Part shown: positions 1 through 7,702 of the stretch, piece by piece | Position numbering within the stretch: position 1 is the stretch's first letter | How the letters are laid out: the number at the start of each line of letters is the position of its first letter | Source of the DNA: Draconibacterium halophilum | GTDB taxonomy: Bacteria > Bacteroidota > Bacteroidia > Bacteroidales > Prolixibacteraceae | Direction: 5' to 3' | Length of the DNA: 24,000 bases | Assembly: GCF_010448835.1 (NCBI RefSeq) | Contig: NZ_CP048409.1 | Location: 2,332,037-2,356,036 of the forward strand | Translations under genes and position numbers: made by a program | The notes under the pieces: generated by a model | Seen by the model: the letters and a program-made list of their open reading frames with translations, nothing else | Told to the model about the DNA's origin: nothing | Database searches by the model: none

Positions 1-1530
1 ATCGAACATCCTCCGGCTTTTGGAATGAAACTGAAATCGTTTGATGCAACCGAAGCAAAAGCCATGCCCGGAATAAAAGATGTATTCTCCATAAAAACTT
101 ATAATGACGACTATGAACTGCAATGGTCGGATATTACTGCTTTTACAGAATTGGTGGCAATCGTTGGTAGTTCAACCTATGAAGTGATGAATGCCAAACT
201 GATGCTAAATGTTGAGTGGGAACCTATTTCTGATGACAATGCGCAAGGTGTTCCTGCCGGTTTTGAAAGTACAGCAGAGCACTACAAAAAAATGGAGGAA
301 GCAGCCGCCAGTTCCGGACGAGAAGAACGTAGGGACGGAAATCCGGAAGAAGCGTTTAAAAATGCAGCAAAAGTAATTGAGCGAACCTATACGGCTCCTT
401 TCCAGGCACATAGTCCTTTGGAGCCCATGAACTTTTTTGCCGACGTGAAGGAGGATTTTGCACAATTGGCAGGACCGACACAAACGCCTGAGTTCATGGA
501 GAAATCTGTTGCCGCGCGGCTTGGACTTCCACTCGAAAAAGTGGATGTGAAAATGACCCGCATGGGTGGTGGTTTCGGACGTCGTCTGTATGGCCATTTT
601 ATGGTGGAGGCGGCCGTTATATCGCAAAAAATGAAAGCACCCGTAAAATTGATATACTCGCGCGAAGACGATATGTCCTACGGAATTTATCGTCCGGCTT
701 ATCATGCTTTATATCGTGCAGCGTTGGATGCCGACAATAATCTTATTGGTTTTCATGTACGAATGGGAGGTATCCCGAGTAGTCCTTTACATGCCAATCG
801 TTTTCCGGCAGGATCGGTAGATAACTACCTTGCTGAAGGCTGGACTGTGGATTCCAACATTAGCACCGGAGCTTTTCGTGCTCCCGGCTCCAATTTTAAT
901 GCCGTAGCTGAACAATCGTTTCTGGATGAAGTGGCGGAAGCTGCCGGTAAAGATCCTATTCAGTTTCGTCTCGACTTACTAAAACGCGCACAGGAAAATC
1001 CGGTGGGAAGCAACAATGATTATGATGCAGCCCGCTATGCCGGGGTACTCGAACAGGTTCGCGAAAAATCGGGTTGGGATACAAACTCGGAAGGCAAAAA
1101 CCGGGGTGTTGCCGCTTATTTCTGTCATAATTCTTATGTGGCAAATGTGGTAGACATTGCCAACACTAGTGACAATCCGGTAATCGAAAAAGTATATGCT
1201 TCGGTAGATTGCGGGATTGTGGTAAATCCCGATGCTGCTGTAAACATGACGGAGGGAAGTATTGTAGATGGAATCGGTCATGCTATGTATAGCGAAATTA
1301 CCTTTAACGAAGGTGAACCGGAACAAAATAATTTCGATATGTACCGTTTGATCCGGCATACTGAAGCACCAAAAGAAATAGAAGTACATTTTGTTAAGAA
1401 TAATATAGACCCGACTGGATTAGGGGAACCACCTTACCCTCCGGTTATGGGAGCGCTGGCAAATGCCTTATACAAAGCCAACGGTGAACGGTATTATCAT
1501 CAGCCATTTGTAAAAAACAGTATTGGCTAG
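1..1530 (+). CDS. Molybdopterin-binding subunit of a xanthine dehydrogenase/aldehyde oxidase-family oxidoreductase (IorB-like); 5' end lies outside the window
   Basis: Frame 1 is open from nt 1 (IEHPPAFG precedes the Met at 25), so the gene is truncated by the window edge. Family hallmarks in the translation: MTRMGGGFGRR, FRAPGSNFNAVAEQSFLDE, CGIVVNPDAAVNMTEGSIVDGIG and the C-terminal PTGLGEPPYPPVMGALANALY. The family call is firm; the IorB-type subfamily call is by eye. Confidence 0.85.
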   Translation: MEHPPAFGMKLKSFDATEAKAMPGIKDVFSIKTYNDDYELQWSDITAFTELVAIVGSSTYEVMNAKLMLNVEWEPISDDNAQGVPAGFESTAEHYKKMEEAAASSGREERRDGNPEEAFKNAAKVIERTYTAPFQAHSPLEPMNFFADVKEDFAQLAGPTQTPEFMEKSVAARLGLPLEKVDVKMTRMGGGFGRRLYGHFMVEAAVISQKMKAPVKLIYSREDDMSYGIYRPAYHALYRAALDADNNLIGFHVRMGGIPSSPLHANRFPAGSVDNYLAEGWTVDSNISTGAFRAPGSNFNAVAEQSFLDEVAEAAGKDPIQFRLDLLKRAQENPVGSNNDYDAARYAGVLEQVREKSGWDTNSEGKNRGVAAYFCHNSYVANVVDIANTSDNPVIEKVYASVDCGIVVNPDAAVNMTEGSIVDGIGHAMYSEITFNEGEPEQNNFDMYRLIRHTEAPKEIEVHFVKNNIDPTGLGEPPYPPVMGALANALYKANGERYYHQPFVKNSIG

Positions 1531-1536
1531 AAATGA

Positions 1537-1570
1537 AATCTACGTGATATCACGTAGATTCTTTTATTTA
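1537..1570. terminator. Bidirectional hairpin terminator between convergent genes
   Basis: Perfect 24-nt palindrome AATCTACGTGAT/ATCACGTAGATT at 1537-1560. It lies between the + strand stop at 1530 and the - strand stop at 1585. TTTTATTT follows it on the + strand and an A-rich stretch (AAATGAAA) precedes it. Confidence 0.6.
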
Positions 1571-1584
1571 AAAAATAGGAGAAT

Positions 1585-2301
1585 TTAAAACCGAAACAGA
1601 TTAAAGCGGTTATCACGGATATTAAAAACCAATAGCTTTCCGCTGATTACTTCGCCGTAACCGGTAATGATTTTGATAATCTCATTGGCTTGTAATGTTC
1701 CGGTTATTCCGGGCAGGACTCCAAGGAGACCAATGTCATCTTCGTTATAAACTCCGTCTTGAGGTGTTGTTGGAAAAAGATCGCCATAAACAGGGCCATT
1801 TTTGTAATTGAATACACTTATTTGCCCCTCAAAATTTAGCACCGAAGCAAAAGCCAGTGGTTTGTTCAAACCTGCCGATTTTGTGCCAATTAGCTGGCGG
1901 GTTTTGTAATTGTCAGTGCAATCGGCAATTACGTCGTATTGTTGAAAAAGGTCTTCTGCGTTGGATTCATCCAGTTTTGTGTCAAAAGTCTGAATTTCAA
2001 TTTCGGGGTATAATGCTTTCAGCTTTTGGCCAGCGATTTCAACTTTTATTTGCCCCACTTCTGCCGAAGTATAAAGAATTTGGCGTTGAAGATTTGAGGT
2101 GCTGACAATATCATCATCTACAATGCCAATGTTGCCAATTCCCGCGGCGGCCAGGTACACCATTAAAGGACTTCCCAGACCCCCGGCACCGATTACCAAT
2201 ACACGTGAATTCTTTAATTTTTTCTGCCCCGTTTTGCCAATTTCCGACAGTGAAAAATGACGTGTAAACCGCGAAAGATCTTCCTTATTCAGCTCTTTCA
2301 T
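1585..2301 (-). CDS. moeB: MoeB/ThiF-family adenylyltransferase (molybdopterin-synthase adenylyltransferase-like)
   Basis: From the ATG at 2301 the product starts MKELNKEDLSRFTRHFSLSEIGKTGQKKL, a canonical MoeB/ThiF N-terminus. It has the Rossmann ATP motif VLVIGAGGLGSP followed by DDDIVSTSNLQRQ. The 34 extra codons in the ORF track overlap the moaE 3' end and were dropped. It is the last gene of the moaA-moaD-moaE string. Confidence 0.8.
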   Translation of the reverse strand: MKELNKEDLSRFTRHFSLSEIGKTGQKKLKNSRVLVIGAGGLGSPLMVYLAAAGIGNIGIVDDDIVSTSNLQRQILYTSAEVGQIKVEIAGQKLKALYPEIEIQTFDTKLDESNAEDLFQQYDVIADCTDNYKTRQLIGTKSAGLNKPLAFASVLNFEGQISVFNYKNGPVYGDLFPTTPQDGVYNEDDIGLLGVLPGITGTLQANEIIKIITGYGEVISGKLLVFNIRDNRFNLFRF

Positions 2302-2746
2302 AATGATTATGGTGATCGTGTCCTTCGGTATTGCAATCGCAGTTTTGACCCCATTCGCTGGTACCGTCAGCAAAAAACTCGTGTTTCCAGATGGGTACTT
2401 CACCTTTTACCCGGTCGATGATGTAACGATTAGCATCATAAGCTTCTTTCCGATGGCCGGAGCCCGTGATCACCACAACTGCACATCCACTGATCTCAAC
2501 ACGCCCAACGCGATGAACACAAGCTGCCTGGTTAAGTTTAAAGCGCGATTTGGCTTCCGCTAAAATTTCACTGATCATTTTATTGGCCATCGGTGCGTAG
2601 GCTTCGTATTCCAAATGTGTTACGTCGCGGCCTTTGTTATTATCACGTACTTCGCCGCTAAACAATACAACTGCACCACTTAGTGGATGCCTGAATTCAT
2701 CGAAAAGTGCGCTGTAATTGATCTTCGTATTTTGTATGTGCTTCAT
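2285..2746 (-). CDS. moaE: Molybdopterin synthase catalytic subunit MoaE
   Basis: MoaE-like blocks VVLFSGEVRD, HLEYEAYAPMA and GSGHRKEAYDANRYIIDRVKGEVPIWKHE. It sits directly after moaD. The ORF-track start at 2767 is a GTG overlapping moaD. The first ATG at 2746 (MKHIQNT) is 10 nt past the moaD stop and is used here, so the start is uncertain by 7 codons. Confidence 0.85.
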   Translation of the reverse strand: MKHIQNTKINYSALFDEFRHPLSGAVVLFSGEVRDNNKGRDVTHLEYEAYAPMANKMISEILAEAKSRFKLNQAACVHRVGRVEISGCAVVVITGSGHRKEAYDANRYIIDRVKGEVPIWKHEFFADGTSEWGQNCDCNTEGHDHHNHYERAE

Positions 2747-2756
2747 ATCTATTGAT

Positions 2757-2999
2757 TTATCCTCCACTTGAGGGAGGAATTAAAAACAATGTGGTTTGGT
2801 CATTTATCGTTTCGTTTAGCGGAACAAATTTTTCGTTCACAGCAATCCGGCAGCTGGTGAGCACCTCTTTTGCTTCCGGGTTTAATTCACCCAGTTTTTC
2901 AAGTAAGTTGGCATAACTTTCTTCCGGTGCCATTTCAATGCTGGTTTCGTCGCCAAAGAACTTTTTAAGTCCTGCAAAACATACAATCTTTCTATTCAT
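2757..2999 (-). CDS. moaD: MoaD/ThiS-family sulfur carrier (molybdopterin synthase small subunit)
   Basis: 80 aa, ending in the obligatory C-terminal Gly-Gly (LIPPSSGG). It is sandwiched between moaA (stop at 3002) and moaE. Confidence 0.8.
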   Translation of the reverse strand: MNRKIVCFAGLKKFFGDETSIEMAPEESYANLLEKLGELNPEAKEVLTSCRIAVNEKFVPLNETINDQTTLFLIPPSSGG

Positions 3000-3001
3000 T
3001 T

Positions 3002-3976
3002 TTAGCCTCCTATATTTCTCATTGATAATTCGCTGCCGTGGAATTTAACCGCTTGTTTAAGCAGCAGTAATCCTTTCAGTTTCTCAGCAAGTAGCTTGTC
3101 GTTATGGATATACGGCATCAGTTTTTCGCCATGAGCATTGCTCAGACAGCCAAAAAAGTAGCCGTTGCTATCTAGTCGTAAACGGTTACAGTCGTGGCAA
3201 AATGGCGTCGATTCATTGGCTATTATCCCAAAAACACCTCCGTTTGAAGTGCGCCAGTAATTTGCTGTTGATGCGTGTTCTCTTTTAATTTCTTCAATTT
3301 GGTATTTATCCTGAATCGTTGAAAGAATCTCCTTCTCCGAAAAGAAAAGGCTGTTCTCCGAATGGTATAAATGCCCCATTTTCATTAACTCCAGATAGCG
3401 GATCTTTACTCCCAGTTCTGTCGCATAATCAAGTAGCGGAACAATCTGCGAGTCGTTTTTCCCCCGCATGATAACCGCATTCAATTTTACGTTCAATCCT
3501 GCATTTATGGCTGCTTCAATTCCCTGGAAAACCCGTGATGTATCGGATCTTCGTATTATTTTTCCAAAGGTTTTATTATCGATAGCATCAACCGAAATAT
3601 TAATTGATTTTACACCAGCATTAAGCAGTTTTTCTGCATTTTCTTTTAGAAAAAAAGCGTTGGTGGTTAGGCGAATATCGTTAATTCCCAGCTCTTTAAT
3701 ATTCTCGATAAGTGGGTAGAGATTGGAGTAAAGCAAAGGTTCACCACCGGTTAACCGAACGCTTTTTAAACCAGTTAATCGATGCACCGCCTGAATTAAT
3801 TGAGTAAATTCTTCTACTGAAATTGGTTTGTCGGTACCGTTTTTATCAATTTCAATGTTCGCACTTTCATCAAACTCACTATCAACACAATAAATACAGG
3901 AAAAATTGCACGAGTTCAGCAGACTTATTCTCAACTTTTCGAACCTTCTGCCCAGCTTATCTTCAATTTTCAACAT
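3002..3976 (-). CDS. moaA: GTP 3',8-cyclase MoaA (radical SAM)
   Basis: N-terminal radical-SAM CxxxCxxC (CNFSCIYC) and the GGEPLL motif. C-terminal second-cluster cysteines (CHDCNRLRLDSNGYFFGC) and a C-terminal Gly-Gly tail (RNIGG). 324 aa, the typical MoaA size. Confidence 0.9.
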   Translation of the reverse strand: MLKIEDKLGRRFEKLRISLLNSCNFSCIYCVDSEFDESANIEIDKNGTDKPISVEEFTQLIQAVHRLTGLKSVRLTGGEPLLYSNLYPLIENIKELGINDIRLTTNAFFLKENAEKLLNAGVKSINISVDAIDNKTFGKIIRRSDTSRVFQGIEAAINAGLNVKLNAVIMRGKNDSQIVPLLDYATELGVKIRYLELMKMGHLYHSENSLFFSEKEILSTIQDKYQIEEIKREHASTANYWRTSNGGVFGIIANESTPFCHDCNRLRLDSNGYFFGCLSNAHGEKLMPYIHNDKLLAEKLKGLLLLKQAVKFHGSELSMRNIGG

Positions 3977-4220
3977 GCTTATTTAACTTTAAAAGCGCCA
4001 ATTTGTTCAGTTTATTTAGCCATTCAGGTATTTTAATAAACGCGGTTATTTTTTACTAAAAATTTTATGTCATTGATTGACTTTTTATTGAACAGTATTA
4101 ATTATTTTCTTGTTATAATGTTGGTTTATAAATATTTGGTGTATTTTTATTTAGTTAAATTCAGGTAAGTGCATTCTCTGATGGCTTTGCCCAGCGTAAC
4201 TAACCTTTAATATTTTTGAA

Positions 4221-5237
4221 ATGACGCACGAACTAAAGTTACTGTTTGACACATTAAAAAACTGGCAGCAGCAAGGTAAAAAGGCTGTATTTGTTTCGGT
4301 AGTCGATCTTGAAGGCTCATCGTACCGCCGGCCTGGTGTCAGGATGTTAATCTGCGAAGATGGTGAGTATGCAGGAGCCGTTAGCGGCGGTTGTGTTGAA
4401 AGCGAAATCGAACGTCAGGCACAAAGTGTTTTTCGCACGAATACGCCCAAAGTAATTACTTATGATGGCCGTTATCGGATTGGCTGCGAGGGGGTTATTT
4501 ATGTATTAATAGAACCCGTGTTACTATCAGAAGCTCTTTTGGGAGCTTTTGAAAGTCAGTTGAAAAGCAGGAGGGCTTTTGAAATGAATTCATTTTTTTA
4601 TTCTGAAGTAGGAGAGTACGATAAAATTGGCTCGGTACTTAATTTTAATGGTACAGAATATTCGCTGAATCCTGATTTTAAGAGTGACGAAACGGATAAC
4701 CAGAAATGTTTTTCGCAAACCTTCGAGCCTTTGTTTCAACTGTTTATATTTGGTGCTGAGCACGATGCAGTTCAGCTGAGTCAGGCTGCTAAATTGTTGG
4801 GATGGAAAGTAACGATTATCGCATCGCCTGAAGAGTCAAAATCATGTGATTATTTCCCGGGAGCAGCTTCTTTGCTTACTCCTTCTTTTGATGATATTGA
4901 TACCTCGGCCATTGATGAACAAACTGCAGTTGTTTTAATGACGCACAGTTTTAATAAAGACGTGCAATATTTAATGGCTTTAAAAGAAATCAATCCGGCC
5001 TATATTGGTTTGTTGGGGTCGGTAAATCGAAGGGAACGTGTAATTTCAATGTTACTGGAACAGATTCCCGATCTTTCGCTTGAATTTATTGAACAAATCC
5101 ATGGGCCGGCTGGAATTAATATCGGCGCTGAGAATGCTGCAGAGATATCGGTTTCTATTCTGGCAGAAATATTAAGCGTGGTACGCAAACAGAAGCCCCT
5201 GGCTTTGCGCGAAAAAGTGGGAGCAATTCATGAATAA
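4221..5237 (+). CDS. XdhC/CoxI-family molybdoenzyme maturation (accessory) protein
   Basis: N-terminal XdhC_CoxI-like block (AVFVSVVDLEGSSYRRPGVRMLICEDGEYAGAVSGGCVE). C-terminal Rossmann-like XdhC_C block (LFIFGAEHDAVQLSQAAKLLGWKVTII ... IHGPAGINIGAENAAEISVSILAEIL). It overlaps the next gene by 8 nt (ATGAATAA). Confidence 0.85.
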   Translation: MTHELKLLFDTLKNWQQQGKKAVFVSVVDLEGSSYRRPGVRMLICEDGEYAGAVSGGCVESEIERQAQSVFRTNTPKVITYDGRYRIGCEGVIYVLIEPVLLSEALLGAFESQLKSRRAFEMNSFFYSEVGEYDKIGSVLNFNGTEYSLNPDFKSDETDNQKCFSQTFEPLFQLFIFGAEHDAVQLSQAAKLLGWKVTIIASPEESKSCDYFPGAASLLTPSFDDIDTSAIDEQTAVVLMTHSFNKDVQYLMALKEINPAYIGLLGSVNRRERVISMLLEQIPDLSLEFIEQIHGPAGINIGAENAAEISVSILAEILSVVRKQKPLALREKVGAIHE

Positions 5238-5820
5238 CATTCCAATAATTTTACTTGCAGCAGGTGCTTCCCGAAGAATGGGGCAGCCCAAACAACTTCT
5301 GCCTTGGGGGGAACAAACTTTAATCGAACACCAGGTAAATATATTATTAACGACAGGTCATCCTGTGGTGGTTGTTCTGGGAAGTTGTGCAGAAGGTATC
5401 ATCCCAAAACTTAAAGACTTACCAATTAAATTCACCATGAACGAAAACTGGGAAAAGGGGATGGGAACTTCCATTGCCGCCGGAATTAAATTCGTTGAAC
5501 AACTATATCCTAATTGTAAAGGAGTGCTGATAACATTGATCGACCAACCACTTGTTACAACTACTCATTTAAACAAACTGTCTGAAACTTTTGAGCCGGA
5601 AAAACAAGAGATAATTGTATCGCAATCTGAATCGGGGTGGCAGGGCGTTCCCGTTTTATTTGACCGTTGTTACTTTGATGAGTTATCAAAATTAAATGGG
5701 AAACAGGGCGCAAAAACTGTCTTTCGGTATTATTCACAACATGTAAATGCCATACAATGTGGTGATATATTGGAAGATATGGATACGCCGGAGCAATATA
5801 ATGCGCTCAAGAATAATTGA
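5230..5820 (+). CDS. MobA-like NTP transferase, probable molybdenum cofactor cytidylyltransferase (MocA-like)
   Basis: N-terminal nucleotide-binding signature ILLAAGASRRMGQPKQLLPW. 196 aa and translationally coupled to the XdhC-like gene, the usual context of MocA-type enzymes. CTP versus GTP specificity cannot be read from the sequence by eye. Confidence 0.7.
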   Translation: MNNIPIILLAAGASRRMGQPKQLLPWGEQTLIEHQVNILLTTGHPVVVVLGSCAEGIIPKLKDLPIKFTMNENWEKGMGTSIAAGIKFVEQLYPNCKGVLITLIDQPLVTTTHLNKLSETFEPEKQEIIVSQSESGWQGVPVLFDRCYFDELSKLNGKQGAKTVFRYYSQHVNAIQCGDILEDMDTPEQYNALKNN

Positions 5821-5868
5821 TAGGCTCAAAATATCTATCGATTTCAATTCCGAGTTCTTTGTTTGTTA

Positions 5869-6570
5869 TTAATCGTTTGCCAAATTAACAATATGACAGG
5901 CAACAACTCCGGCTGTCTCGGTTCGTAAACGTGCATTTCCAAGCGAGATAGCCTCAAAACCATTTTCTTGCGCCAGTTTCACTTCTTCCGTACTAAAATC
6001 GCCTTCCGGACCAATTAAAATCAGCACGTTATCGCCACATTTTACACTATTTTTCAGGTGTTGCTTTTCGCCATCATTACAGTGAGCGATAAATTTTTTT
6101 GTTTCTGTGGCTTGTGAAATTACATCGGGGAGTTTTGTCAACTCATTTAGTTTGGGCAGGTATGCTTTAACCGATTGTTTCATGGCCGAAACCAATATCT
6201 TCTCCAAACGCTCGGGTTTTATCACTTTTCGCTCCGAATGTTCCGAGAGAATAGGAGTAATCTCGTCAATTCCGATCTCGGTGCATTTTTCCAGAAACCA
6301 CTCAGTGCGATCGATGTTTTTGGTAGGGGCAATGGCAATGTGTAAATGAAAATCTTTCTTACCGAATTCGGTTTGCGAATCAATTATGTTGAGTTCACAT
6401 TTTTTCGGATTGGCATCGATAATTTGGGCTTTGTAAAAGCCGCCTTTGCCATCAACAAGCTCAATGTCGTCGTTTTCTTTTAAGCGAAGCACACGAACGG
6501 CATGTTTCGATTCGGTTTCATTTAAAACAACTTCGGCACCTGAAATCGTTGGAACATAAAATAACTGCAT
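5869..6570 (-). CDS. rsmE: 16S rRNA (uracil1498-N3)-methyltransferase RsmE
   Basis: MQLFYVP start, PUA-like block HAVRVLRLKENDDIELVDGKG, and a C-terminal SPOUT block ILIGPEGDFSTEEV ... ISLGNARLRTETAG. The ORF-track start at 6588 is a TTG; the ATG at 6570 gives the canonical N-terminus. Confidence 0.85.
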   Translation of the reverse strand: MQLFYVPTISGAEVVLNETESKHAVRVLRLKENDDIELVDGKGGFYKAQIIDANPKKCELNIIDSQTEFGKKDFHLHIAIAPTKNIDRTEWFLEKCTEIGIDEITPILSEHSERKVIKPERLEKILVSAMKQSVKAYLPKLNELTKLPDVISQATETKKFIAHCNDGEKQHLKNSVKCGDNVLILIGPEGDFSTEEVKLAQENGFEAISLGNARLRTETAGVVACHIVNLAND

Positions 6571-6697
6571 GGATTCAAAACTTTTCAAATGCCAAAGTTA
6601 GTAAAATTGTTATTCTGATCTTTTATAATCTAAGAAGTCGGTTACAAACCATAAAATCCAGTTGTTCCCTCAGATAGAAAGTAGATAAATGTATGTT

Positions 6698-7702
6698 TTA
6701 CGATTCCGGTTCTTCGCTGAATTTAAATGTTTTATACAGGTATCCCATGGCCGGGAAAATAATCAACACACCAACAACCAATGCAATCAATAGATAAAAC
6801 TGCGTTTGGTGCGGTGCTTTTGCAGCTTGTATTGTAATATCGTGACCGCTGTTTGTTTTTACCAGGACCGGAAACTGAATGGCAAACCACCCTGTTACGA
6901 GCAAGATAGTTTGGAATCCTGCCGTTAGTCGCAGCCAGTTGCCTTTGTTTTTGTTCAGAAAATACCAGAATGCGGGCAGCGCCAGCGTTGCTAAAACAAT
7001 ACAGGTTACACTTATGGAGGAGTTTATAAAGTCTTTCAATAACGAATGACCAGCAAGTTTTGCTGTTGCAAAAACAATTGATCCCATTACAACCAAAGCG
7101 ATTAGCAAACGTTTGGTCATGCGTGTGAAATAGATAATGTAGTCTTTGTCCTCTATTTCGCTAACGGTAAAAATACCTGCCAGAAATGCAAACAAAAGTA
7201 CCACAAACAAGCCCATGCTTACTGAAAACCAGTTAAGCCACGGATGGATGTATACGGCATAAAACCCAAGTTGGTAATTCATCGAGATTTCACCGAGGAT
7301 AAGTCCGCCAACGGTTACACCTAAAAAGAACGTGGTAAAAACACTGGAGAAGCGAAAAATAGCTGAATATATGGCTTTCGTAGGTTCCTCTTCAATATCG
7401 TATTGTCTGAAAGTAAAAGCTGAACCACGCATGATAATGCCAATGAGTACCAACAGAACAGGAATGTGCAATGCCGTAAGAATAGTTGAATATACCGATG
7501 GGAATCCAACAAAAAGGATTACAACCACCAGAATTAGCCAAACGTGATTGGCTTCCCAGACCGGTGCTATGGCACGCGATACAATTTTTGATGCTTTTCC
7601 ACGCGATAACAGTTCGAGAATGCCACCGCCAAAATCGGCACCTCCAAGTATAACATAAAGCAATAAACAGATAACAAGTATGATGAGATTAGCTTCAGCC
7701 AT
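6698..7702 (-). CDS. cydB: Cytochrome bd-type quinol oxidase subunit II
   Basis: 334-aa polytopic membrane protein with the CydB-like APVWEANHVWLI block. Its start overlaps the cydA stop by 8 nt (ATGGCTGA). Confidence 0.9.
   Translation of the reverse strand: MAEANLIILVICLLLYVILGGADFGGGILELLSRGKASKIVSRAIAPVWEANHVWLILVVVILFVGFPSVYSTILTALHIPVLLVLIGIIMRGSAFTFRQYDIEEEPTKAIYSAIFRFSSVFTTFFLGVTVGGLILGEISMNYQLGFYAVYIHPWLNWFSVSMGLFVVLLFAFLAGIFTVSEIEDKDYIIYFTRMTKRLLIALVVMGSIVFATAKLAGHSLLKDFINSSISVTCIVLATLALPAFWYFLNKNKGNWLRLTAGFQTILLVTGWFAIQFPVLVKTNSGHDITIQAAKAPHQTQFYLLIALVVGVLIIFPAMGYLYKTFKFSEEPES

Noticed and set aside
205-1389. Antisense ORFs inside the molybdoenzyme gene (205-705, 956-1144, 979-1389), and similar antisense or overlapping ORFs throughout the track. 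Examples: 1857-2105, 3468-3719, 8046-8376, 11767-12234, 13172-13372, 19481-19720, 23273-23461.
   Set aside because: Each lies entirely within a longer ORF on the other strand that has clear family motifs. Their translations are low-complexity or Cys/Phe/Ser-rich with no recognisable motifs.
3977-4220. Possible Moco riboswitch in the 244-nt region upstream of moaA.
   Set aside because: The region is very AT-rich, with no GC-rich paired elements of the kind expected for the Moco RNA motif. It is more simply a divergent promoter region. A covariance-model scan (Rfam RF01055) would settle it.
6589-6697. Searched for a cydX-like small ORF downstream of cydB.
   Set aside because: The only minus-strand ATG ORF there encodes 9 aa (MVCNRLLRL). 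No plausible small membrane peptide is present.
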